The notes below the pieces were generated by a model. It was not told the origin of the DNA. It was given only the letters and a program-made list of their open reading frames with translations, and ran no database searches. Shown here in pieces: positions 53,101 through 60,105 of a DNA stretch of 64,000 nucleotides; position 1 is the first letter of the stretch, and every line of letters starts with the position of its first letter. Source of the DNA: Schmidtea nova (taxonomy: Eukaryota); assembly GCA_044892505.1 (NCBI GenBank), contig CM097883.1:424514001-424578000 (forward strand), written 5' to 3'. The translations under genes and the position numbers were made by a program.

Positions 53101-56100
53101 TATGGAACAGAAAATCCATTTTATTGTTCATGTAAAGGTGTAATTTAACATCGTTCGTGTGCACTTTGCGTTTCGCACTAGGTACTTCTTGTTTTGATAC
53201 AAAAATGCCGGGGTAGTTGGTTTCCAACATAGCTACTCCGCATTTCAAGGCTGTTTTTCCTTTTACAAACCTCATTCCGATATCTGCATCTGAGGTAATT
53301 AGTACCGTTGGTGTATTTCTCATTTTAATTTGTTTTTCTTGTGTTCGGGTTTCAATCTTTTTCTCTCCCCGTACTGTGTCTTGAAGTATTTTTCCTCTTG
53401 CTGCCTCGTCTTCTTCTTCCTCTTGGAAGGTTTTCCCTTGTATCTCATCGAATTCTGCTTCCTTTAACAGTTGTAGTTGACATTCCTTTCCTCGTATCTG
53501 GTAGGTTAAGGTTGACATACCGGTTTGGCAAGTGTTTGACTCGATTTTGCACATTGGTAGGGTTTTCATTTCTCCCGTTGTTGGATCGAAGAATGCCTCG
53601 TACGTTTTTAATTCCACTGTATAAGTATCTATTACTACTAGGTTGGTTGCTGCTACTCCGAATATTGGATATGTTGCTCCTTGGCAATACCCTTCTCCTC
53701 CCGTAATAGCTCCTGCTACATAATATGTTTGTTGCAATATCACTCCCGTTTTTCCTCTTATCTTTACTCTATCTCTAGTCTCTACTTCTCCATGTTTAAA
53801 TAATTTTTCACAGTCTTCTCCTTGCAGCATTACCGATTCTCTTTCCGTTCCTGGCATCACGATTGCTGAATAATGGCGGTGTCCACAATAAAAAGCAAAT
53901 CTGGTTTTATAAACTTTGCATTCCCTGACCATTGTTCTTATCAGTTCAGCTTCCTGATATACGTGGTATAATTGTCTCTTTTTTAATGTTTTTAACTCCG
54001 TTGGGGTTGCGTCCTTACATTGTTCTGTCCCTCGTAGTGAATATTTCTCACCTAATGCCATTTGATCACAATCGAATACTTCAAATGCTGTTGCTCCGTC
54101 AGTACTAATCATCCATATTAACATCATCATAATGATAGAACTCAGGTTTAGTGATGATTTCCCGTTTCCTGTTCCCGACTTTTCCTTTTCCAATTCTCCC
54201 AATATCTCTTCGAATTTCTTTTTCAAATTTTTGGCTTGGTTTTTCTTTTGGTTCGTTTTTGTGAATGTTTCCCATCCTCCTTTACTGATGATGTACGGTT
54301 CTATTTCTTTCTCTATAATTTTGGCTGTATTCTTTATATGTCTTTCGAGTGCTGTAGGTTTCAGTCGACCTCTACTCAGTGTCAACAGATTGTAAATTGT
54401 GTATGCCATAGCTATTAAATATTTGTTATCCGTCTCTGCTCCTTCCGTTAACTTCTTTATCAACATCGTGGTTCCTTGCCAATCTAGGTGGTTTGACCTT
54501 GTCTTCTCTTTTATTAGTTCTGGTAGGATTGGTGCGATGGCGCTATGCAGTGATTTCGCCCTTTCGCTTATTTCGTTTATTCTCCACCATTTCTTTAATT
54601 CTGGATCGATTATTGCCAGTATTTCCATTAACATCTTTGATATCCATTCCTCGCCTTGGTATGTTTGTGTTGTTTCTTTTTCTTTCGTTTCGGCTATTTT
54701 ATTTAGTTTCTTTAAACACAAATCCCATTGATCCCGTCTTTTTTCCTCTCTTGATTTTATAACTACATTTGCTGGATCCATCTTGGGTCTACCTCTAGGT
54801 CGTTTATCCATTGTCGTGCCCGTTTCTACCAATCTTGTTTCTCGTCCAGTTTCTTCTGTGACGTCTCTTGGTTCATTGGCTCTTTCTTCTAACCATCTTT
54901 CCATTTCTTGTGTGAATTGTACATTTTCTACATTTGCCCTCCTTGCTTCCTCTTCTGCTATTTCATTTACTTCTTCGATGATTATTTCTTGTTCAACTTC
55001 ATCTTCGGTGTTGGTTACCGGTATTGCTGTTGGTAATTCTTGAATTCTTTCGAAAATATTATCATCCTTCTCTTTTGTTAGCTCTATTAACTCCTCTAAC
55101 ATATCATCGCTATCTGTAAAAATTTCGTCTACATCGTATGGTTCTGGTGGTGTTCTTTCTCTTGTCTCTCTTGGTGTTGTTTTAGCTTGTTCTGAGCTTG
55201 TTCCTGGAGTCATTACCGATTTCATTGGGCTCGGCGTACTCATACTTCCTTTTGGTTTCTTTTCCTCTTTCAATTTCAATGGTTGGCCTGCTATTGCTGC
55301 CACTGTCAATGTATTTGCGATATCTAATTGCGCTGGCGTTATTCCAATTTCCAAGCTGTTATCTAATGATCGTCCTTGGTGTTGTAAATGGAATGGTGGT
55401 TCATATCTCAATTTCTTTTTAATGTCTCGAACTTTCTCCGCTATCCCTACCCAAAACTCTTCCTTTTCTTGGTTCGGATATACTATTCTTAGGTGTACTT
55501 TCTGTGGCGATTCCTGCGAGAATTCTTGGTTTCTCCATTTTTTAATTACGTGATCCAATTGTTCTGGACACCACTCGTTAACTCTTTTGTATTCGGCGAT
55601 TGCTTTTGCTACTTTACGCAAGCATGTTATGTCTTCTCCATTAACTACGAAAAAATCTGCGAGACCTTTTACTACTTTTCTCTTGCCGTGCGCATTGGTT
55701 TTTAATATTTCGACAAATTCTTCCGTTTTTTGTTTCTCTCTTTCCAACCACATGGTTGCCGTTTCTGGTCCGTCTAAATCCGCTGGCATGGCTTTTCTTG
55801 TTACCATACAGACTCTTCCGGTTTCCGGTTTGTGATCGTCTTCTATGCCTATTTCATATTCTTCTTCGTACTCGCCTGCTTTTGGTTCCCAACATTTTCC
55901 TCGTTCGTTCCATTTCTTTTCTACGGGTGTTAGTAATCGTCTGTTGAGATTGAGTTCTTCTAATACATCTTCCCATTCTGGCCAAATCCGCCAATTTCGA
56001 TAAATGTCTACTATTTGTTGTAATTTATGCACAACTTCTTTTTGTCGTTCCCGTTCTCTTTTCTCATCCTTAGCAGTTTCTCTTGGTGTATCGTCCATTC

Positions 56101-59100
56101 TGATAACGTGGATGGTTTGATGATTATCCCATATACCAATTTTATATAGCCGTCTTTCATCGTGATCCCATAATACATGTTCGTTGTATTTCATGATTAT
56201 GTCATCTTCCCATTCTTCTTCTGGTTCTCTTTGTAATAGTGTCTCGTTGATGACATTTACTAATTCTTTTATGGTACAATCTGCTACCACTTCAATTTCT
56301 TTGGTATCCTCATTAGGTAACTCTACTGCAATTTTCAGATCTGTTATTTTCCCTTGTCTGAACATTGCTTTTCCCATTTTGGCAATTACTTTTCCGTATG
56401 AGATCTGTGACCATCTCGTGTGACTTGTGTCACGTATGCACTCGATACATCGTTTCAACTTTTCGTATTCGCTTCTCATTAACTCCTTTCTATGTTTTTT
56501 GATTTGTGGGATGATTTGTTCTATCATGGAATTTAGATTTCCTCGTAAGATTCGTCCTTTTTCGTATTCTAACCGTGGTTTTATCTTCCTCTCGAAACAC
56601 ATATTTGCTTCCTTTGCTACTTCTTGTAGGTTCTCTTCTCTCTTATCATCGCATATCGATAATGTTGTCACCTCTCCTGGCCATATGCCTGTTTCTATCA
56701 AATGCGTCCTTTTCTTCACTAGTCCATTCTGTGAATAGAGGAATTTGTTTTTATATGAACTCCCTAATCTATCTTCTACCCATTGATAAATATCTTCCGT
56801 GAGTGGAGTTTTGATCCAAATCCTTGGCAAACATGTTTTTATCTCTATTAGGATTATATATTCATGGAGTGGTTCTTTTAATAATTTTCCTACGTATTGG
56901 CTTAGTGTTTCTACTTCCCGGCCTGGTAACCACTCTTTATAGTTCATTTGTAATATCGCTCTCATGAATTTCCGATAGTGTTTCTTGTCGATGAACTCCT
57001 CATTATATATTACTTCTAGCGCGTTATCTAATAATTTCTGGATCTCGTCCTCTTTTACTTGAATAGTTTCTGGTGTCTTTACTACTTCTATCTTTTTGTC
57101 TTCAATTTCCGGTTCGTTTAGCATATCTCCGGCTAGACTACTGACGTCACTATCCTCTTCGTCATCTGAAAAATTCTTTGCCTGGCCTCTCAACATGTTA
57201 ATGTGTTTTATCTGGTTGATTTCACTTGGTGTATTTTCCGTTGGTCTTGTTTCACTTTTAATAGCTTTTTGTGTTGATTCACTCTTGTCGTCTACTACTT
57301 CGACCTTTCTCAATTTTCGTTCTAACTCGTCTATTTCTCCCAACCGTCTTCGTATCATTTTCCCTTTAAATATTCGACTGATTCGTGTTTCGTGACGCAC
57401 TGGCGATGGAATTCCTTCTGGTTCTATTTCCTTGATTACCATCACATTTCTTTTTGTCTCTACTACTCCCATGTTTTCCCATGTATCCGTTAGTTTCAAT
57501 TTTACTTCTGGTGCATCTTCTATTTTTAGGAATGCTTCTCTGGGCAGTTTCGTTACTCCTGGAGCCATTTCATTCACTTTGTTGAACAATGTTCCTACTT
57601 CTTCCTTTATGTTATATTGGAATCGAAACATATGACCGTTTGGCAGGATTACCATCATTCCCTTTTTCCAAATCATTCTTTTCTCTTCCTGGTTTGCCTC
57701 TGTTTCCACTTCCTTTTCTATTTCTGTTTCTTCGCTTCCTGGTACTATTTCTTTTCGATTTTCGTTATTGGTTGGATTCAGGTTTGTTGGATTTATTTCT
57801 GGCACAGTCTCTTTCTCGTGGGTATTTGCTTGATTGGTTGCTCTCATCATATTAATTCTTAGAGGTTGTCGTTCTCTTTCTTGCTGTTTTTGTTCCTCTT
57901 CTCTTTGTACTCTTGCCCATTCCTGAGCATGTCGTGCTTGACTTTCCCGATTCAATCGTTCGTTTTCGCTTTCTATTTTTCTCATCATATTGATTTGTTG
58001 TTGACCTGTTTGCGGATTTCCTCTGGTTGTATTGTTTATCAGCTCCGTCAATCTTTGAACCTCTTGCATTAAATGTATCTCTTTAGTGGTATTTTTATTT
58101 TGGTTATTATTATTACTATTTGGTTGGTTTCCGTATTCCGGTTGGTTTCCATTATTTGGCTGATTTCCATAATTCTGTCGGTTTCCACCAGTTGGTTGGT
58201 TTCCATAGTTTTGTCGGTTTCCGGTATTCTGCCAGTTTCCTCGTTGATTGCTTCTTTGTCCGCAATTTCTTGATAGGTGTCCAGGTCGTCCACAATTAAA
58301 ACAGGTTATTGTGTAACATCTGCTCTCTGAATGCCCTTTTACTCCACATTTTCCACAATTCAAGTTCTGATAACATTCTTGTTGCCAATGTCCCAATTTC
58401 CCACATGTTTTGCATTGTTTCGTTGGTCCTTGGGGGTTGTAATTGTTTTGATTTCCGTAATTTGATACTTTATTCCCTTCATTCCTTCGTTGCGGTGGTG
58501 GTCGGTTTAATTGTTGTGAATTTGGAATGTGGTTATTCAGGTTCACTTCTTGTTCGTTTTGTGCTGTATCCATAGCTAAATAGATTCTACCATCATTTCC
58601 TATCATGTGTAGTTCAAATCTATTAGCTGTTTCTAATGCTTGGTCGATGGTTTTACAACCTTGACATCCAACTTGCGCTCTTATGTCGGGTCTTCTTAAT
58701 CCTCCCACAAAGATAGCTGCCATTAATTCCTCATTTATTGGACTGTCTTGATTGAAAATCAACTTTGCTAACTTTTTCAATTCGCTTGCATATACCGCAT
58801 TCGATTCATTTATCTTTTGTTTCCTCATTGAGAATTCCGTAAATGCCTCATTCAATACTTTATTTATTCCGAAGGTTTGTTGGAAAAAGTCCTTTATCGC
58901 TGACCAACTTGTAGGTGGATTAATTCCATTTTTTGCTTCCAAATATAGATCTAATGCGCTATCTTTTAAATATAGCTGAATTCTGCTTACAGTTGTTTCT
59001 GGTTTCCACTTGCATACTTCCACGAATATGCCAAATTCCTTTAAGAAAGTTTCTAATTTACTCGCATCTCCATTAAACGGTTCTCCGGAAAATTTGTCTT

Positions 59101-59125
59101 TTATCTCTTCTCTGGGTTCGCTCAT
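44168..59125 (-). CDS. 4985-aa Gag-Env-Pol-cargo polyprotein in one uninterrupted ORF
   Basis: Single frame in ORF track; domains listed separately. Confidence 0.95.
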   Translation of the reverse strand: MSEPREEIKDKFSGEPFNGDASKLETFLKEFGIFVEVCKWKPETTVSRIQLYLKDSALDLYLEAKNGINPPTSWSAIKDFFQQTFGINKVLNEAFTEFSMRKQKINESNAVYASELKKLAKLIFNQDSPINEELMAAIFVGGLRRPDIRAQVGCQGCKTIDQALETANRFELHMIGNDGRIYLAMDTAQNEQEVNLNNHIPNSQQLNRPPPQRRNEGNKVSNYGNQNNYNPQGPTKQCKTCGKLGHWQQECYQNLNCGKCGVKGHSESRCYTITCFNCGRPGHLSRNCGQRSNQRGNWQNTGNRQNYGNQPTGGNRQNYGNQPNNGNQPEYGNQPNSNNNNQNKNTTKEIHLMQEVQRLTELINNTTRGNPQTGQQQINMMRKIESENERLNRESQARHAQEWARVQREEEQKQQERERQPLRINMMRATNQANTHEKETVPEINPTNLNPTNNENRKEIVPGSEETEIEKEVETEANQEEKRMIWKKGMMVILPNGHMFRFQYNIKEEVGTLFNKVNEMAPGVTKLPREAFLKIEDAPEVKLKLTDTWENMGVVETKRNVMVIKEIEPEGIPSPVRHETRISRIFKGKMIRRRLGEIDELERKLRKVEVVDDKSESTQKAIKSETRPTENTPSEINQIKHINMLRGQAKNFSDDEEDSDVSSLAGDMLNEPEIEDKKIEVVKTPETIQVKEDEIQKLLDNALEVIYNEEFIDKKHYRKFMRAILQMNYKEWLPGREVETLSQYVGKLLKEPLHEYIILIEIKTCLPRIWIKTPLTEDIYQWVEDRLGSSYKNKFLYSQNGLVKKRTHLIETGIWPGEVTTLSICDDKREENLQEVAKEANMCFERKIKPRLEYEKGRILRGNLNSMIEQIIPQIKKHRKELMRSEYEKLKRCIECIRDTSHTRWSQISYGKVIAKMGKAMFRQGKITDLKIAVELPNEDTKEIEVVADCTIKELVNVINETLLQREPEEEWEDDIIMKYNEHVLWDHDERRLYKIGIWDNHQTIHVIRMDDTPRETAKDEKRERERQKEVVHKLQQIVDIYRNWRIWPEWEDVLEELNLNRRLLTPVEKKWNERGKCWEPKAGEYEEEYEIGIEDDHKPETGRVCMVTRKAMPADLDGPETATMWLEREKQKTEEFVEILKTNAHGKRKVVKGLADFFVVNGEDITCLRKVAKAIAEYKRVNEWCPEQLDHVIKKWRNQEFSQESPQKVHLRIVYPNQEKEEFWVGIAEKVRDIKKKLRYEPPFHLQHQGRSLDNSLEIGITPAQLDIANTLTVAAIAGQPLKLKEEKKPKGSMSTPSPMKSVMTPGTSSEQAKTTPRETRERTPPEPYDVDEIFTDSDDMLEELIELTKEKDDNIFERIQELPTAIPVTNTEDEVEQEIIIEEVNEIAEEEARRANVENVQFTQEMERWLEERANEPRDVTEETGRETRLVETGTTMDKRPRGRPKMDPANVVIKSREEKRRDQWDLCLKKLNKIAETKEKETTQTYQGEEWISKMLMEILAIIDPELKKWWRINEISERAKSLHSAIAPILPELIKEKTRSNHLDWQGTTMLIKKLTEGAETDNKYLIAMAYTIYNLLTLSRGRLKPTALERHIKNTAKIIEKEIEPYIISKGGWETFTKTNQKKNQAKNLKKKFEEILGELEKEKSGTGNGKSSLNLSSIIMMMLIWMISTDGATAFEVFDCDQMALGEKYSLRGTEQCKDATPTELKTLKKRQLYHVYQEAELIRTMVRECKVYKTRFAFYCGHRHYSAIVMPGTERESVMLQGEDCEKLFKHGEVETRDRVKIRGKTGVILQQTYYVAGAITGGEGYCQGATYPIFGVAATNLVVIDTYTVELKTYEAFFDPTTGEMKTLPMCKIESNTCQTGMSTLTYQIRGKECQLQLLKEAEFDEIQGKTFQEEEEDEAARGKILQDTVRGEKKIETRTQEKQIKMRNTPTVLITSDADIGMRFVKGKTALKCGVAMLETNYPGIFVSKQEVPSAKRKVHTNDVKLHLYMNNKMDFLFHRGQASLQKVYYDLINNDCILNREILKTKLAVAITNPDSAMPLLPLREGHFGRVVGEVMYVYICKKTNTKVATMTKLQPGQCTNELEIEYKGKVRYVQPVTRIINPVSFEPNPFNCSNAYGPLYQNPDGNWVMFPSRTEVPAPREFELMQLSKGRKFKDVDVSNMGFYSAKDLEAARQNILFPARREAVLSSIVTITGGTNYQGGPNYELLLSPAHFKKATENMMKAMWGRFLIFGQMMAGILGVILIIQIIRVIITQMLACFDIYKREKKVNWKLVVGFLPFLAKTMVLHGHSKDIHGIKRLLKILAKMKGTDEEVGRKFKKIMNNEQARQRLKKERKGLWERMKGYRTQDDSSDDDDDDNEGGQVFKNQVPQYVEKNPAEMWKCYAPPPTMYQEPTPGMRQNTMQMMPMTNIYPMIPEDYRTRRCRSVDPQGDSHTIAVMSSNTGPVLTTTIEINGREIEAMIDTGANISAIDIKWIPQEQRRDIERTNVHVIACSKEVVEVAGRWWVKIKHQNTEIETYVAVIPALSVPCIIGTDLMPALFKEIVIDLGTMRLKDRTGQICAIEAKVTSSKQIIVPARREKICFVKIDPTIEGDMIFEPSKRFEKRKSLPMARGLVSANDNGEIPINVVNFDEEDKIIYENERLGKLTPMMDIEIPIKEGVKEEEPTWNIDSQLLNEDQKKQLERLLIEYKDIFAASDLDLGTCDVTLHTIPLTDETPIALRPYKLAEAQKSVAEAEVQKMLDAEVIEPSCSPWQFPVVMVKKKDGTQRFCIDYRRLNAVTKRDTYPLPDINEMLLTLQGAAYFTSLDLKSGYWQIKMKEEDKEKTAFTIGRDLYQFRKMPFGLTNAPASFQRCMNFVTHGIKQCMVYIDDLLIYSSTFEQHIQDIRDVFVRLRQWKLKLKPSKCDWAKEKVTFLGHIVSAKGKEPDPRNIDKVKECPVPKTITQIQEFLGLCGYYRKFIKDYAGIAKPIQELVKKDVSFIWGSEQQTAFETLRDKLITAPILVHPDFKKPFLLATDASGYAAGAVLGQYDDEGKERVIGYYSRTFKKHEKNYSVTEREALAIILAIKHFKYLLWGHVICITTDHQPLVWLGQHKETSSRLMRWAMQLQEYSPDIKFKSGKANANADCMSRLTFPELTDPEVQRICIVIAEDLDFSELKKDQQEDKELRPIIEFLSSRNMDVFKDNAELKEHMRKYQHRYTIEKGWLLIQNGEKRLMCLPGNRRKEIITQYHDGKLGGHMSDKKTLDRMRQKYYWPTMDEDVKEWIKNCLTCATRKDSGKKWKNPLKPMPIPAEPMTTIAMDVIGPLPESLNGNQYILVITDYLTKFPEAFAMPDQKAKTVARILVEEICCRYGTPKQILTDQGTNFMSEILDEVTNYFRIAKLRTSPYHPQTNGQTERFNGTLIRMLSNYVSKHQTDWDEYVKLCLMAYRMSIHAATKLSPFQLMYGRECNMPIDLEYQPPLSQYMEEDDYVTKFKERMQEIWKTAELNIKFYQESYKDLHDQKKNVKTNDLKPGDWVMIETPEIIPGTVKKLQRPGKGPYEVIYKKENNVKVKLVNRPLIRPIYVNTCRCKKVPKTITTAPEERIITRSQTARMNMLRATNESTEAENNQQEKRNKEMVLKAREIMGKWHVRDDILRDIQSIISDYARGLPTKPVISELLEKIPEILSLQDIGGQPALHNAIKWGEVERVKEFLKIAKETNQHLGFGNSEQETPLMIAAIYKSDKAIIDLLINADFNWTERDRENKTVLNHAIWSSNQIMLKQIIEKATWEIDELIKGDIIKEAIKIGNCKTIRKLIKWKRSENDTWVLNINEVYSEGQNTLLQFLLKFVCDQKALLTLLDRRNIIISKNKEECKFESEKEALFRKIREWCAKSLTKTITYKDISNFQDKYKTVEEEYDKLIDILNHPEKCKQFLCQKERESKRKVTPLFSAEVPYQERLDAIQDKAKELLPEFENSKHTLEILGSIVEKVHAYAEGTYNENDMMIIKREMPVTFLLTKNGVLPIHRALRAGKNRRVVEIARLMQDCGSDMNMKDKKGDTLMIFAARANTKTRVLQELYEAGAGLMGRTNKDSSILDVALLAHNWEVINFIKTITNQEEIEYLTRTVKKASVHSMMHNAELTEAILNWMNPNTNEPAFRINECMEQGQNLYIKCALIINKWPKIIDIFMRRKDLRFTNNPKETERTDKWKELMKTYLNNWIKAKKEILDCKLTDKEIPKQAETQEYEASILTTITYEKMIEAINVEDDIFNDQKGGDNTGNDDDSTRENPEDHELSDKEDSEEKGRDTEKNDKNNEFGKQRNNNYKNKNEIKRTGYKQTINPFFKPELLLLTVIMTLISPTQGMICEERATIQIGNAKGIERVCWSKKDKISGQNSPMDCKISEYEQEIIEIDDLELDTWYRMCTVRKPKDPRSHKTIACASYLTPKVTITIQQPSKGDYVVGKCRGTETQGTKNKKPQTIDRRTTPTIQITIDRPEARVTTNETERVTYQTELLCLALILTMLKRLEEGIDIDTMAVTEMNDTQNTNPKCWARSNEEIGVSEIKTSRKRKTNKVTKISEVKADRTYELCLLEKERHKKGTTICKTFQPGETIKFIRRGRRNKRTKRRTTIMLELTGIEPDVKGVCWKKQEKKTNQNTPPQCRTNRGTTTIKIEGLESNQTYEICLIRKSDKITVNELECKLYKTPTRTRVGKTTRKSRRQRNKGKARYTTTFKPNGQQKNQEIQIRTEKNTTATLILWRIDNKTLEICWVIVQKQRERQPRDCGNVKGKEEISIRNLKFNSEYEICAVEKTDILGNQQERCETYYTPVNSTSKGKVRKLEFKELSQTTKQMDAEQVVIDPYARWTPEEVIKEVKRKQQEREQLLNKLKGQYGPMINQSEITKMDVNKQVRELIGLGILAATIPVITVLLIIWIYDVFNKKPITHWPDIKIMNYSIELPEEVQKEFQRRTKGKEFWRQIEDEERYEGKTVMVI
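44346..46115 (-). other. C-terminal type I membrane module: internal signal peptide, four Cys-containing FN3-like repeats, TM
   Basis: PELLLLTVIMTLISPTQG signal; repeats CW...I.(G/D/N)L...(T/S).YE(I/L)C...C..Y.T at ~45810-46060, 45320-45510, 45030-45265, 44665-44895; TM LIGLGILAATIPVITVLLIIWIY 44346-44413. Confidence 0.6.
46815..48085 (-). other. Ankyrin-repeat region (two clusters)
   Basis: GQPALHNAIKWG, QETPLMIAA, NKTVLNHAI (47790-48085); GVLPIHRAL, GDTLMIFAAR, DSSILDVAL (46815-47097). Confidence 0.8.
48380..49420 (-). other. Integrase (HHCC, D,D(35)E, GPY/F)
   Basis: HDGKLGGH...CLTC; MDVIGPL (D 49190), TDQGTNF (D 49010), GQTERFN (E 48902); GKGPYEV. Confidence 0.95.
49700..50070 (-). other. 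RNase H
   Basis: LATDASGYAAGAVLGQ; NYSVTEREALAI; TDHQPLVWL. Confidence 0.95.
50330..50970 (-). other. Reverse transcriptase (Ty3/gypsy type)
   Basis: FCIDYRRLN, YPLPDINEML, LDLKSGYWQI, MPFGLTNAPASFQR, VYIDD (50483-50494). Confidence 0.97.
51430..51760 (-). other. Aspartic protease
   Basis: EAMIDTGANISAI (DTG 51701-51709), CIIGTDL. Confidence 0.95.
52230..54147 (-). other. Envelope glycoprotein, chuvirus-G / herpes gB-like (class III) type, with signal peptide and TM
   Basis: Signal LSSIIMMMLIWMISTDGATA; FDC..SL..C; ECKV..R..FYCG; CG..L.ETNYP.IFV; Y.NNK; LYD/YYD...C.L; GE..Y..C; C.NEL...PVTRI; GFYS..DL...I.FP; WGRFLIFGQMMAG TM. Confidence 0.85.
54263..54650 (-). other. Bcl-2-like helical domain
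   Basis: BH2-like IEPYIISKGGWETF at 54263-54301, preceded by ~120 aa of predicted amphipathic helices; BH1 NWGR not conserved. Confidence 0.6.
55290..57665 (-). other. Up to four ubiquitin-like (beta-grasp) domains
   Basis: Best: LKIAVELPNEDTKEIEVVADCTIKELV...IMKYNEHVL...RLYKIGIWDNHQTIHVI (56095-56340); weaker at 57430-57665, 56655-56855, 55290-55500. Confidence 0.5.
58262..59125 (-). other. Gag: capsid domain plus three CCHC zinc knuckles
   Basis: PFNGD...W..IKDFF...RKQKINES..YA.EL..LA...FVGGL; CKTCGKLGHWQQEC, CGKCGVKGHSESRC, CFNCGRPGHLSRNC (58262-58414). Confidence 0.92.
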
Positions 59126-60105
59126 TTCAATTCCGCTGTCTGTAGTTATTTTACTTTCGTTTCCTCTTGTTTCTAGTTCACTGTTAGGTTCGTCACTCGA
59201 ATTTCGGTCGATCTCAGTTTCTTTTGCTGATTCGTTATCTGATGCTTTACTATCGTTATCGGTATCGTCACTTTCTGTTTCTTGTTCTACTTCGTCTTCT
59301 ATTTCTTCTATATAATCGTTGTTGGTTTTGTCGACTTCTATTTCACTTATTGGGTTTCTCTCGGGTTCTGCTTAATTTTCTTTGTTGCTTGAACTGTTGC
59401 TTGTTACTGATAGTTTATCGTTTTCGATAATCGACTTTTGTATTATTATCTGCCTTGCTTTACTTCCTTTTAGGCCTTTCTGATTATTATTCTTGGTAGC
59501 TTTATTCTTTTCTGCTGGTTTTATTATGACACTCTTTTCTCCTTTTCTCAACGGGATTACTTTTGTATACTCAATTTTCCTGTCTTATCGTGTTCCGATT
59601 CTTTTCTTCCTTGGTTGCTTGGTTTGGTTTGATTGATTTATCTAAAATACAAATGTCACTTCAACGATACTCTATTGTTATCGTTGCGCTTTTATTCCCT
59701 TTTTACGGGACTTCTCATTACTGGGTTTCTATTATTTTTCCCCATTCCCAGATTCCCCTTTATTTAAGTCTATTTAAATTATCTATATACTAGTCACAAT
59801 TATCTATTTAGTCATAACAATTATCTATCGGTTACTAAAATACATCAATTATTTTTCCCGCGGTCTCCCAATTTATTTGTCGTTCGAACGCTCTAATTCC
59901 CTGAGTCATTTGACTCGATTATTATTTTATCATCTCTTTATCTTTCTCTCTGCTAGCCTCTAATTATTAATTCTGCCGGTCTTTCCGGTCAGCTCCTATT
60001 TCTCAATTCTACTTGCATGCATTATTTTAGGTCGCATAATCAGCTTTACTCGCATTTCTCAATTCCTGGTGCGCACTATTCTCATTATCGTCGACGATCA
60101 CAACT

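Noticed and set aside
50330-54147. BEL/Pao identity, since chuvirus-type glycoproteins are known there
   Set aside because: RT (YPLP, LDLKSGYWQI, MPFGLTNAP), RNase H and GPY/F integrase signatures are Ty3/gypsy
40396-59430. Dozens of short + strand and alternate-frame ORFs
   Set aside because: Shadow frames of the A-rich minus-strand coding sequence; no motifs
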